Source: Bugula neritina
Lineage: Eukaryota > Animalia > Bryozoa
Assembly: GCA_964035545.1 (NCBI GenBank)
Contig: OZ037770.1
Location: forward strand, 10,298,973 to 10,362,972
Direction of reading: 5' to 3'
DNA: 64,000 bases
Below are positions 36,765 to 49,353 of the stretch, piece after piece. How positions within the stretch are numbered: position 1 is the stretch's first letter; each line of letters opens with the position of its first letter. Position numbers and translations under genes: made by a program. The notes under the pieces were generated by a model. The model saw nothing but the letters and a program-made list of their open reading frames with translations. It had not been told where the DNA came from and made no database searches.

Positions 36765-37329
36765 CTATTTATTAATACAATATGGTATAGAAAGTATCTC
36801 TATAAGCAGCTCTGAGTTGGAGGTGACTGTAGTAGTTGGAGTTCATAAGTTTGGAGTTGGGCGTTTAATTGGTTCTTGAAAATCCAAACTGGAGACCCTC
36901 AAACTACTTCACTCAGTAGTTATGCACTGTAACTGGGTGCAGTTCTCAAGTTGGAAATTTATGTTGGAACATTGGACCCCTTACTACTGCACCCAGTCAC
37001 CCTTAGCTCGGGGCTGCTTATAGATAATTTCGTAGAAAGAATTATACTGCAATCAACAGTAATCTACAGACATATATTAAAGCTAAGTACATGAACACCT
37101 TGTATGTACATGAAAAGTGTGTAGGAAAATATAGTCACTGGATATAGAACAATGAGGTAGCTAACCAATTACCCTACAGGGGCTTCGGGACTCCAAACAG
37201 CATCCCACCCAGTTCTCTCTAGAACCGCACTGGCCCCCATGTACTCTGTCAGTTTATGGGCTCCACTCGCCACTCAATTCTCTGAGAGTACTTTCACAAG
37301 AAAAGGCCAAAATAGCTTGAAAAACTGTT

Positions 37330-37395
37330 TTACCACACTGGGAATCGAGCCACAGACCTCCGGCTTGCAAGCAGGCACGCTAACTAATTATGCTG
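37330..37395 (-). mobile_element. tRNA-derived SINE head
   Basis: Minus strand reads TAGTTAGCGTGCCTGCTTGCAAGCCGGAGGTCTGTGGCTCGATTCCCAG (A/B-box-like); related plus-strand heads at about 18665-18730 and 62295-62360. Confidence 0.5.
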
Positions 37396-37934
37396 CAGGG
37401 GCTTCGGGATTCCAAGGAACACACACTAAATCTTTGTCTACTAGTACATGATTTGAACCCTATAATCATTAAAAAATATAGTTTTAAACTTCTTAATGTG
37501 GTGTGGAAAAATAAAATATTATAATGTGCTAATATTTAATGTCATGGTGAGGTATATAACACGTGATGAGACAAACCAGCTTTAAAACTATTTTACATTT
37601 GTTGTGCTTGTCATGTGTTATACAGTGGAATTGCACAGAGGTTTTTGCATTTTGCTTGTAGTAGTTAAATGAATTTCATTGCCAAGTTAATAATTATTGC
37701 AAGCCAATCATTTGTTCCTGTCAATTATTGCAGTTTTTAGGACTAATTACAGTTGCTAGAATTTTATAAGCATACCTAGAAAAATGTGGTATTTATTTCA
37801 TTTCAAAATAATATATTAATTTAGTATGATAATTGTCTAATGATGTGTCAAAATGCTATATAGGCCTACAGGCTTTTGCATATAATAATATTATTATTAT
37901 GGTAAGGAACAAGGATGCCCGTAAGCGCAAAATG

Positions 37935-38078
37935 GAGAAGTAAGACAACCCCGTGTTTTCGTCAAAAAACTGGAAAACGTTAAAATGGGAGTCGCGCTTT
38001 CAATCATACAATAATATCCGGTTGTGATCTTCCGCTGGGGATTTCTAACTTTAGCCATTAGCATTAGTGTCAGTATTC
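37935..38078 (+). promoter_or_regulatory. Putative promoter and non-coding first exon of copy 4
   Basis: Homologous block; GGGGATTTCT at 38037; conserved GT at 38073. Confidence 0.45.
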
Positions 38079-39027
38079 TGCTGAATTGCTGACAAAATTT
38101 TAGTTGACTAAATAAAATCAACCTTCAGAGTGATCAGTGACTCAAAAGTGATTAGATCACACGCTCCAGCTACTGTAATTTAACAAAATGCAGTGCTGAA
38201 TTGTCACTAACTTGCAATTTGCAGCGCTTCTACAGTTGCCACTTTAAGTTTATCAGTATCACTTAATCTTATTACTTATACTTATAGTTATAGTTATTAT
38301 AATTAGTTATTACTTAATATTATTACAGTAGTAGTATTACTATTAGTATTAGTAATGGTGATAGTACTAGTAGTACTTTATTAGTAGTAGTACTCATACT
38401 ACTAGTGCATTGCTAGCTTTTCTACTAGCAGTACTACTACTACTACTAGTACTAGTACTTAACTAGTGAAGTACTAGTAGTAGTAGTAGATGAAGACCAC
38501 TATTGAGTGTAACTGATTATTAATATCACTCTGACTATCCATATTACTAAGAGTAGAAGTAACAATATCCTTATTCTATGTTTTAAGTATAAGTTTTCAA
38601 TTTTATTGTGAATATTTGTAACTATATGACATAGTACAATATGTGTAAAACATCCAGTTGGTTAAGCAAATTTTGGAAATCTTTTCGGTTCAATAGTTGA
38701 AAATTTTAGGCAAATCAAGTCAAATGATTTTATCAAATTAATTGGCACTAATTATCCGCTGCTTATACCTATTTTTTACTTTTAATCTGCCTCTTTTGTT
38801 TTACTTTTTGATATTTGAAGGGCATGCAGTTTCAACTCATGAGGGTTCACTGTAACTCAGTAATTTAGTGCTAGTTCTTGATAGTACACATATTAAATGT
38901 ATTTTAAATGTTTCTAGAATATTTTTGTTTGTTTTATTTTTCCCTTACAATTCTTTGTTGAAACATGTGTCTAAGAAAAATTGTTTTTATGCAAAGCTTA
39001 CATTTCCATTTTATAGGGTAGGTCTAA

Positions 39028-42000
39028 ATGGCGGAGGCTGCAGTGGAAAAAGTTGAGTGTGGATTCTGTTTACTTGAAGAAGGTTTAGAGAATCCCAAAT
39101 GTCTACCATGTGGTCATGTACACTGTTTACTATGTCTTACTCGTAATGTTGATGTGAATGACATGATCAGGTGTCCCTGGTGTAGGTAAGTTAGTTTTGT
39201 ATAGGCAGAGCTGAGACATACTGCTGCTAAAGAGTTAATGATTTACACCATATGTTTCACCTTATAATAATTTATTGCAATCTGTTATATATAGTTTCAA
39301 TTACTACAAAGTTATTATGTGTCTTGTCACAGGGAAGTGTTTGATGTGAGAGTGGAGAATCTTCCATCTGCTGATGTAGAAGACAACTCTGTATCATGTG
39401 ACGTGTGCACTAAAAAAGGGATAGAGAAAGTACCAGCAGTAACCTACTGCACTGTGTGTCGTAAACTATTTTGTAGGAAACATGAGGAGGTAATTCCCTC
39501 ACATAACTCTTTTTAAATCAGTTTATGACTGTTTATTTTGTTTTTGCTCAGCTTTCAAATGTGATTGTCACAATTAGCTATAAATTTACTTCAGTGTCAA
39601 AGGCTTTTATTTTCTGAAGGACATCCTCCACAATTTGACGATCTTTTACATTTTTTGCTATGCATAGCTGAGTTATCTTTATCAATAAACATCTATTCTG
39701 TTATATTTAGATCATGTATTTTTAATTTTCATTTTTGCTGCTATGATTAGTTGAGTATAATTTTCTCAGTAAATATGTATTCTGTTATATTCAGTTACAT
39801 GATGAAACTGGAGATGACCACCAGAAGATGACCATCTCTGACTACAGAATACAAGCCAAGAGACTGGAGAAAAGAGTTTGTCCCAAACACACAGCATATC
39901 CCTACTCACTAGGATGTAAAGTCTGTGCTCAACTGTTCTGTGTGCAGTGTGTATCTCAGACTAACTTGTGTGTTGGAGGTAACTCTACTGCTCTCATATC
40001 CTTTCGTATCATTACTTTATAGTTTTTTCACTTGTGTTAAAATATGTTTGAGTAATTAGTCTTCGTACATGACGTTCATCAACACTGTCTTTTCACTCTT
40101 TTATTTCTGAAGCTTGAATACTGTTATTGTTTATTAATCACATAAAAGAAGGTAGAAGACAATACATAAGTGATGCTTCAAACAAGTTGTGGGTTCATTA
40201 GTTCTGGGATTCTGGCTCCAAAATTATTTTTATAATGAAGTCAAGAAACTCACGATTTCAGAATTTTTATAGCTGAATCTGTTTATATGTGTGTAGTTTT
40301 ATGATTCGTTTCATTATTAATTGTTATGCTTTTTGGTCAGCAAATTAATGAAGCGTATTGGAAATCTTGTGGCAGCAGAAGCCAATGAAATTTGAGCCAT
40401 TCTTATGCGAAGGAATTTATTCTTTCCTATAAAGTTCAGATTTGGACAGTGTTAGTTGGAATCCATAAATCTCAAGAGTTCAAATAGGGTTCAGTCAGGA
40501 AAGACTCGGTTTCATTAGTCGTAATATCTAAGTTAATCCACAACCTAAATACATGCCAAAATAGTGCTGGGTGGTACTGGAGTTTATTAGTTCATTGAAG
40601 TATATAATGTCAAGGAAAGGCAATTTTATTAATGTATTAATAGTGCTGTTGTGCTCCTGTGCCCTATTTAAATAAGTCCTTGGCCAGATTTAAGACAAAA
40701 ACCTTTCCATCAGGGTTCTCACAGGGATGGCGACTGTAAACTTTTAATAATTGTGATATTGTCATTGTTAGTCAAGCAAATACTGGTGTACATATGATTA
40801 CATCACTGTGATGTAGATTCAGAACACAAGATGGTTAGTCTAGATGAACTTATCAGACAGTTGACAAACATAGAAGAACTGATAACTACTGAAGATAAGA
40901 CATCTCTTCTCTTCAAACAGATATCTAAGGCTATATCTGACTTTGATACTGAGACTGAAGACTTGCTGAGTATTCTTCATACACAGAGAGATGAACAGGT
41001 GAGATTCTGAAGAACACAGGCTACTCTCATGTGTTTTCATAGTTCTGTAAGATGTTATTGGTTGGTTAATGTCTAAGAAACTGTGATTAGTTTGTTAAAC
41101 TGTAATTCTCATAGTATACAGCCAGACAAAGTGAAAGGGCCTGACTGATTGTTGTAAGTCTAGGAAGTGCTAAGCAATAATCTAGCTAAAGGATCTGAAT
41201 TTATTTAATGTTGTGTCTACTTTCGAATTTCCAACTTGGATTGTGGATGTTGATTTTGTACAACAACTTTTTATAGGCTTGAGACTGTTTTTATCTCTTT
41301 TAATTGATTACTATTTATAATAGGGGGGCACAACGGTCATCGGGGTACAAAAAGCCGCTCAAATTGTGAGAGAACTTATTAACTTAGAGTTGAGTCTTTT
41401 TTAATAAGAAGGTATTGACCTAATTTTTCAGTCATTGTAGTTTCAACACTTGCGGAGCATACATGTTGAAGAGGCGAGTCAAAAACTGTTTTTACCTACT
41501 CTTTGTCAATTTTTTAAGATGTCGTTAAAGCTTTATAACTTTTTACACTCAAGGGTAACAAGCCTAGATTTTACTGATGTTGTTGTCATGGTTTGTCTTT
41601 ACATTGCCTAACTAGTATAACAGCAAACGCTAAAATAAATTTTCCTTGAGCCACATTTATTTTCAACTTGGCCACACGGAGCACAATGGGCTACCTGATC
41701 CTTGCACCATGATTACTGTTATTAGTTTGTTTGCTCAAAAAGTTAGATGAAATGTTAATAAAATCTATAGACATAACACTTTCTGACCTTTTTGTAAAGT
41801 ATCAAAGACTAAGACTACCAAACTACAAGGTAAAGCTCCGCTAATAGGCCTATATACATTTGGTGAGGTCATAGCCTTGCCATTTTATACATTATACAAA
41901 ACACTCTGCTGTTGCTACTAAGTGATAGTCATGATATTCATTATACATTATATCATTGAGGGATTATACATGTATTTGACTAAAATAAATTCTGATTTGC

Positions 42001-45000
42001 ACATTTTCTCCTCCTTCCCTCTCCGCATTCCAGTCACAAACTTCTGCCATGCACTTTAGCTACAGTTCATAGAAAAAGGTTCACTCGGAATTTTGTAGTA
42101 CATGTTACTAAAGCTTTTTTCTGATGGAGGTTCCCATGAAGTGAAAATAAAAAAAACATTTTTAGTTCTAAACAGTAATGAAAATGGTACTGTAAAGATG
42201 AGTGATGCAGAAATAAGTGAGGGATGTGCGTTTGATTTTGCCTCCCCTTGCTATCTGTGGTTGTACAAACTGTACAGCTAAAAATGATTTTTGCTGTAGA
42301 TCTTGAAGAATATTTTTATTTATTTGTGTATATTAATTAAATTAAGATCAGATGCAACCAAATTAACAAAGTTTCAATATATTTGCTGTGTCCCACCCAG
42401 TGGCCCATTGTACCCATTATCACTAAAAACTGAGTCACTGTTTGACTTGACTCAGAGTATTCTGCGGGTACCTTGATTTGATTTTGCTAGCAATAAACTT
42501 GACTTTTCTGGCTTGCAGTGACTTCAACTTTGGAAAAGTTCACTCCAAATCTTACTCGTAAGTTATGTTTTAGTTGACTGAAGTGAGACTAAAGTATGAG
42601 AAAGTGGAGAAGGAATTCTTAGCTAGTAGAAAGAAGACTAAAGAGGAACTGAACAGATACATGGAGAGAGAAGTTGGAACTGTTTTGTCTCAACTGAGTA
42701 ACAGTAGAATGAAGATAGAAGCTCAACTTGAGCGAAACAACCAGGCATGTAGACTTCAGTTATCAAAGCAATATAGTGACTGTTTGGATTAATAAAATAG
42801 GTGGTAATGGAAACTAGAATTTTCTTTTGACAATGTATACTTATAATATATTTTATCGGGCACGTTTATTTTTGTAAATTTATTGTTTCATTGGATTTTT
42901 TGCCACATCAGTTGGTAGACGACACATGTTGATATAATCCTCTAGATCAGTGGTGTCCAACCTTTTCATAGGGAGGGCCACTGAAAGAGAATATTTCGGT
43001 GGCCCTCATTCCTATCTTTACATGGTGAGGGCTACACTGGAAACTTTATGTTGAGCTGGGGGCCACAGCAACAGTATTTATCAAATTATATTATTCCAAA
43101 TTCTCAGAAATCATTATACAATTGAGTCCCAATAGTTACAGCAGGCTGCATGTTTTGCACCATATGTAGAAATAAGACATTTAAAATGGTGTTTTTCACT
43201 CTAATTCATGTTGGTAGACCACACATGTTGCTCTAGATGGTGAATCTGACATATTGACTTATGTTTAGTTGAAGCACTACGAAGTGTATTTTGTTTCTGT
43301 GTACTGTAGGTGGATCTGGTTGAAGATGTGAGGTATATATTGGTTATTGTGTATCTGTCTAGCAACTGTTCATATGTGGTCACATGTTACAGGTGGATCT
43401 GGTTGAAGGACATGCAGAGATTAAAGAGAGAATACAGAGACTGATATCTGTTGAGATACCTAAACTAGAGCTGTGTGATGTCATGTCCCTCAAGGTCAAA
43501 GGTTAGTATACTAAACTAGAGCTGTGTGATGTCATGACCCTTAAGGTCAAAGGTTAGTATACTAAACTAGAGCTATGTGATGTCATGTCTCTGAAGGTCA
43601 AAGGTTAGTATACTAAACTAGAGCTGTGTGATGTCATGTCTCTAAAGGTCAAAGGTTAGTATACTAAACTAGAGCTGTGTGATGTCATGTCTCTAAAGGT
43701 CAAAGGTTAGTATACTAAACTAGAGCTGTGTGATGTCATGTCTCTAAAGGTCAAAGGTTATACAAGCAAGCTAGTCAAGTTTCTTTGATAGGCTGTACTT
43801 TTTGACAAGATTTCAATTCCTAATCTGTTGTATTGGTATTTCAATGCAGGTATAAGATAGATACAAACCTCATATACATAGATCAGAATATAGCCACCTT
43901 AGCTATTATAGTAAATTATGGAAATAGCTAGGAGGAAGCAATACATTAAATATGTATATAATAAGAAGAATAGTTCTTACAGTCTCTCTTACTAACTTTC
44001 ACTCAACTTGTACTTTGTAGAAGAGAGGAGAGAAATAGAGGCAGAACTGGTTCCTGCAGCAGACATGATTATTAGTTTAGATCAAGGAGTGACAACTCCT
44101 ACTCTTCCTAAATCTCTCAAACTCATACAGTCTGTTGATGTTTCTGATTACTGTTGGTCTGTCTGTAAATATGAGAGTAACACTTATGTAGGGCTAGATT
44201 GTGGTCCAGGGATAAACATAATAGATAAGAGTTTCAGTGTTTCCAAGTCTTTTATTTCTGTTGCCAACTGTGTAGCTGGAGTCACAGTACATAAGGATAA
44301 GCTGTATGCTCTAGAGCTTATCAACAGCAGTAATTGGATGGTACATGTGTATGATCTTACTGGGAAACAGGTGACCAGCTGGTCTCACCATGAAAGTAGT
44401 TGGAGTGTAAACAACCTTGCTATTGTTGATGATCAGGTTGTGGTTCCTGATAGAGGCAGTAAAAGACTTACAATCTACTCTCTTACTGGGAAGGTAATTA
44501 AACATGTCCCCTGCCCTCTACTCAGTAGTAGTATTACAGCAATATGTGCAGCAGACAGACATTGTGTAGTAGTTTCTGACTATGGTTCCTCTCAAGTATT
44601 TAAATTAGACTTGACAACAGAGAAAGTCATCTGGACATGCAAGGATGTATCTCAACCAGAAGGTGTGACCTGCTATAGAAGTAAATATATTCTTGTGACA
44701 AACCGCAGCAGTAAAACCACCATCTGGATACTGGATGTGGAGACAGGTTGGTGATTCCAGTATTGTAATGTATGTGTACAAAATATAATATATTTATATT
44801 TGATATGTAAACATTGCTCCATGTATGTACTACATGTTCCTGTATGATTATACTGTATGTTGTACACACCAACCACAATCAGTGGGTTAGTGTGTTAGTT
44901 CACCATTTGATGACAATATTCACAGCTCTACATTATTTTAGAACATTCAATATTCCCTACTGCCAAATCATTAATTTCTCTGTATTACAGACATATACAT

Positions 45001-45250
45001 TATATTTATATATTTATATATTATATTATATTATATTATATTTTTTATTGGCAAAATGTAATAACATAACACTGACCACAAAAAAATATTGAAGCATTGG
45101 ATTTTACATACTGTAGGTAAACAGTTATCTATGCTAGAAGATACAACTACTAGGGGTTTTAGTGAAGTACCTGATCTTCATGTTTATAAAGACATGCTGA
45201 TTGTACCCAGACGTTCAGAGAAGAAAGTTCTATTTTACCAACTCAACTGA
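39028..45250 (+). CDS. TRIM-type E3 ligase with NHL-like propeller, array copy 4, ~606 aa
   Basis: Exons 39028-39185, 39333-39489, 39795-39978, 40817-40998, 42574-42744 (GC donor), 43393-43501, 44021-44746, 45117-45250; sum 1821 nt in frame. Confidence 0.87.
41322..42418. mobile_element. Non-autonomous DNA element in intron 4 of copy 4
   Basis: About 1.1 kb absent from homologous introns of copies 2 and 5; GGGG(C/T)ACAA motifs at left end and TTGTACCC at right end. Confidence 0.5.
42948..43209. mobile_element. Partial hAT-type MITE in intron 5 of copy 4
   Basis: CAGTGGTGTCCAACCTTTT left TIR following CTCTAGAT; host sequence GTTGGTAGAC..CACATGTTG..CTCTAGAT duplicated on both sides; absent from copies 2 and 5. 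Confidence 0.55.
43460..43762 (+). repeat. 51-bp exon-6 donor repeat, 6 units (copy 4)
   Basis: Same unit. Confidence 0.93.
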
Positions 45251-46845
45251 ACAGGTATTATGTATATAGTAGGAGTTATATCTCTTTCATAGTAAAGAAG
45301 AAGAATATTAAATTAAAATTGCTGCTTTGCTAAGTATATTTGAGATGCATTTGTACCATTACAATCTGTTGATGTTATTTTGGTAGTAAAACTATTAGAT
45401 GAGTCATTTACACAGTGTATACTAACATAATATATGTATAGATGATAACTTTCTTCTATTTCTGTGTATTTCCTGTCTTTGTCCCTCATATTACTAGTTG
45501 TGATACTTCATAAACAACTATTAGTTGTGATAAAATAATATACTGTTTATAAAAGTATTTATTAAATATCTAAAGTTGCTTTCCTAATACTCAAAATATT
45601 TTATACAGGAAAATAGACTGATGTGGAACAGGAAGTAGTTTCTGCAGCAGACACATCTAGTTGTTTGGTTTAGAAAGTGACAAGTGAAAAGGCAGCTGAT
45701 TGGTCCATTCATCTGACCTAGTAACACTCTATGGTTACATTACCATGTCATTCATATGATACTTATTGTAACATTATTCTATATTATCATACAGTACTGA
45801 GAACTAAGTAGTAGCAGTTATTGTATATTATCTTTCTTATAGGAGTGAAAATTACGTAGGGTATATTTTTATTGACTATCAACGATGGTTTTATTATATA
45901 TAATATCTATTTTTCAAAACTAGGAATACTTTGAGCAGCACACTAGTGTCAAAAAAAGTCAACATCTGTCAACATTAGTCAAAGGAGGTCATGTGACATT
46001 TTGGCACTTTTCAAGTAGCCCAGTTTTTTTTGTATTAATTGTTTAAGAATATGATGAGGCTACTCAATTACTAATAACATAATATTACCTCATCCTTCAC
46101 TCCTTGTATATAATCTAATTGATTATGATTTATGTTGATATAATTTTCTTGTTGTTAGAAAAGGCTGCAGTTTTAAATCGTTTGAGAATCATGTGTCCTA
46201 CCAACTGTGTCATTCTCAGTCTGTAAAATTATTCTTATTTTACTCCATTTATTACTAAATAATATCATGAGTCATATTGTATTAATATTAGCCACACACT
46301 AGTTACATTACTTGATTCATGCAACAAGAGATATATTGGTGGTAGTGCTCACTAATTACTCTCTACGCAGTAACAGTAGAACCATAAATTCCAAATCCCA
46401 CTGATGGCATATTCTATCATTTAACCAGCATATTATAATTATTGGAAACTTACAATGTAATATTGTCTTATTAATATTATGCACATCAAAGTGTGGCACA
46501 CTGGCTTATATACATTCAAGGGGCATGTTATATTCCCTAGCATATTATCAGTAAACAAAAATATTGTAAACATTATGAAGGCTTACTGCTGAGACTACCA
46601 ATTAGCATATAATAAATAAATTCACTGTCTCTAATTTGCACTCAGTTTATCATAACGGAAGGACAACTCTAATATGCCAAAAATGCCCATTTGAGTTTCT
46701 CGAAACAGCCTTGGAAAACTTGCGTAATTACACTGCTTGCAGTTTGTGTATATTTTTCTATGCAAATTCAAGGATATTGCTCAGTTTTTCAATGACTAGT
46801 GTTTGGCAATGAGCTGTAGCTATTCTTTCATATTATGATAGAGAA

Positions 46846-47182
46846 AGCATTAGCCAATAGGATCATCACATTCTGACTGACAAGGGGCGTGGTTTTCTGA
46901 AACAAACGCTTCATTCCTACTGCGGAGGGGCGTGGCGAAAAGAAACACTTCCATATGTCATTCTAGTATTAGGTAATGCACTGTTGCTTTACAATCGTAT
47001 ATAGAAAGCATTAGCCAATAGGAATCATCACATTATTCCTACTGACGAGGGGCGTGACTACAATAAACAATACAGTTGACATTCTATTGGTAGGTAATGC
47101 ACCATTGCATTACAGTCATAATTATATAGAAAACATTAGCCAATAGGAATCATTACATTCTGACTGACAAGGGGCGTGGCTA
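46846..47182 (+). promoter_or_regulatory. Repeated CCAAT-box + GC-box module downstream of copy 4
   Basis: TAGCCAATAGGA...GGGGCGTG three times plus one extra GGGGCGTGG; also at 17237-17289, 35972-36140, 60819-60990. Confidence 0.4.
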
Positions 47183-47815
47183 CGAGACACAATAATTCAA
47201 GTTGGCATAAATTATTCAAAGTTGATTTACAGGCTATATATAGGTAAAATATTACTATTTAATAATGAATAGATACACTATGAAGCAGAACCTAAAATAC
47301 AGCATTGTACAGAATCATTAAAACATGATGAGTAGAATTATAACTTACTGACCTTACTGGAAAATATACACAATAGTTGAGTATGTGAATTACTGGTTGT
47401 ATAATAGTGAAGCAGCTATACATTATAAGATATTATAAAATATTTACTGTATAAACATAATGTCACATGTATTCATTATGTAACACATGTTTCTAATGTA
47501 TAAGAAATACATAATTAGAGAGACAGAAAAATATAAAAACAGTATGAAATGCAGTTTAGAAGTCAGTGGACAATGCTATGTAACACAGAGTAAGCCTTTG
47601 AGCTCTAGAAGTAAGAGATATTATTGTTGTCAGGTCGAGGTCAAATGACTCAAACAGGATTATGTTTAAATTGGCTGTAAACAAGCAAAAATACATACCA
47701 TATTAGATTAGACAGAGAAGGTAATGGTTGATGTATATGTGTGTGTATTGTACTTTTCAAAATGGCTGCTACCAACATGTCGCAGTGTAGTGAGTTGGTT
47801 GAGGTAGAAACTCAC

Positions 47816-48272
47816 AGCAAGTGTGAAACAACAGAAAGATAATTAAAGGATAGAAGAGAGTTTTTGCATAAAACACACCCAGATGTAGGAAAATATCATA
47901 GCCTCAGTACCTGTACAAACACTTGTCAAGGAGAGAGTAACTCTTACCCTGATGTATATATGTGGCCATCTTGTTGAGGAACTCAACTCTATCTTTATCA
48001 TCTCAGCACTTACAATGTTATTAAGATTTACAGTAAAGTATTTTCATAATATTGCTATGTATCTGTTGATGAACCTTTCACCAGCTAGGTCCTTTATGTT
48101 CTAGTACAATGTTTCTCTATAATAGGTCACTTTATATTACTCATTGTAATTCATATGCTAATGGAGTGAATATAAATAAAGTATAATTAATAAAATCTTA
48201 CAATTCAGAGCATGTATATCAAATGACAATAGATCTTCTGTAGTCCTGGGGGAGTAGACTGTTGCATCAGAA
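47816..48272 (-). pseudogene. Three decayed exon-like blocks (48202-48272, 47948-48100, 47816-47910)
   Basis: Each bounded on the minus strand by YAG acceptor and GTAAG/GTGAG donor; all frames contain stops. Confidence 0.35.
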
Positions 48273-48823
48273 CTGAATAATTAAATATATATATAATTAT
48301 TTTCTCATCATGCTGCAGTGTAGACATTCTTCAGCTCTGATATTTCCTAACTATAGAGTTATATTTTATAGTTGATAGTCAACTGCACATACTTTTAGAT
48401 TTACGTACCAGATTTGTGTACTAGTATATGACTTTAACCCTATAAACATAACAAAATATGGTTTCAAACTTTTTAATGTAGTGAGGAAAAATAAAATATT
48501 ATAATGCAATAATCTTTAATGCCATGGTGGGGATATAACATGTGATGAGACAAACCAGCTTTAAAATTATTTCCTATTTGTTGTGTTTGTCATGTATTAT
48601 AATACAATGGTATTGCACAGAAGTTGTTTGCTCTTTGCTGTTATGTCAAGTTAATGATTAATGCAAGCTAGTCATTTGTTCCTGTTAATTATTGCAATTT
48701 TTAGGACTAATTACAGTTGCTAGAAATTTATAAGCATATTTAGAAAAGTGCAATATTTATTTTATTTTAAAATGATATAATAAATTGGTATAATAATTGT
48801 CTAATAATGTGTCAAAACGCTAT

Positions 48824-49134
48824 GTAGGCTTGTAGGCTTGTAGGCTTGCAGGCTTGCAGGCTTGCAGGCTTGCAGGCTTGCAGGCTTGCAGGCTTGCAGG
48901 CTTGCAGGCTTGCAGGCTTGCAGGCTTGCAGGCTTGCAGGCTTGCAGGCTTGCAGGCTTGCAGGCTTGCAGGCTTGCAGGCTTGCAGGCTTGCAGGCTTG
49001 CAGGCTTGCAGGCTTGCAGGCTTGCAGGCTTGCAGGCTTGCAGGCTTGCAGGCTTGCAGGCTTGCAGGCTTGCAGGCTTGCAGGCTTGCAGGCTTGCAGG
49101 CTTGCAGGCTTGCAGGCTTGCAGGCTTGCAGGCT
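48824..49134. repeat. (GCAGGCTT)n 8-bp tandem repeat, about 38-39 units
   Basis: Direct reading; first three units GTAGGCTT. Confidence 0.97.
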
Positions 49135-49194
49135 ACAGCCTTTTGCATATAATAATATTATTATGGTAAGGAGCATGCATGTCCATAAGTGGAA

Positions 49195-49353
49195 GATGTA
49201 GAAGTAAGACAACCCCGTGCTTCTGTCGGAGAATTACAAAAGGTTAAAATGGGAGTCGCGCGCTTTCCTTCATACAATAATATCCGGTTGCTATCTTCCG
49301 TTGGGGATTTCCCCGAACGCCATTACTAACTTGTGCCATTAGTGTCAGTATTC
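49195..49353 (+). promoter_or_regulatory. Putative promoter and non-coding first exon of copy 5 with kB-consensus site
   Basis: Homologous block; GGGGATTTCCCC at 49303-49314; conserved GT at 49348. Confidence 0.45.

Noticed and set aside
37330-37395. Functional tRNA gene
   Set aside because: No complete cloverleaf or acceptor stem; better explained as a SINE head.
43460-43762. CRISPR-like array
   Set aside because: Units are contiguous with no unique spacers, derive from an exon end, and the DNA is eukaryotic with no cas genes.
48801-49212. LQACKPAS / LQACRLAG repeat ORFs
   Set aside because: Translations of an 8-bp satellite that has no stops in any frame.
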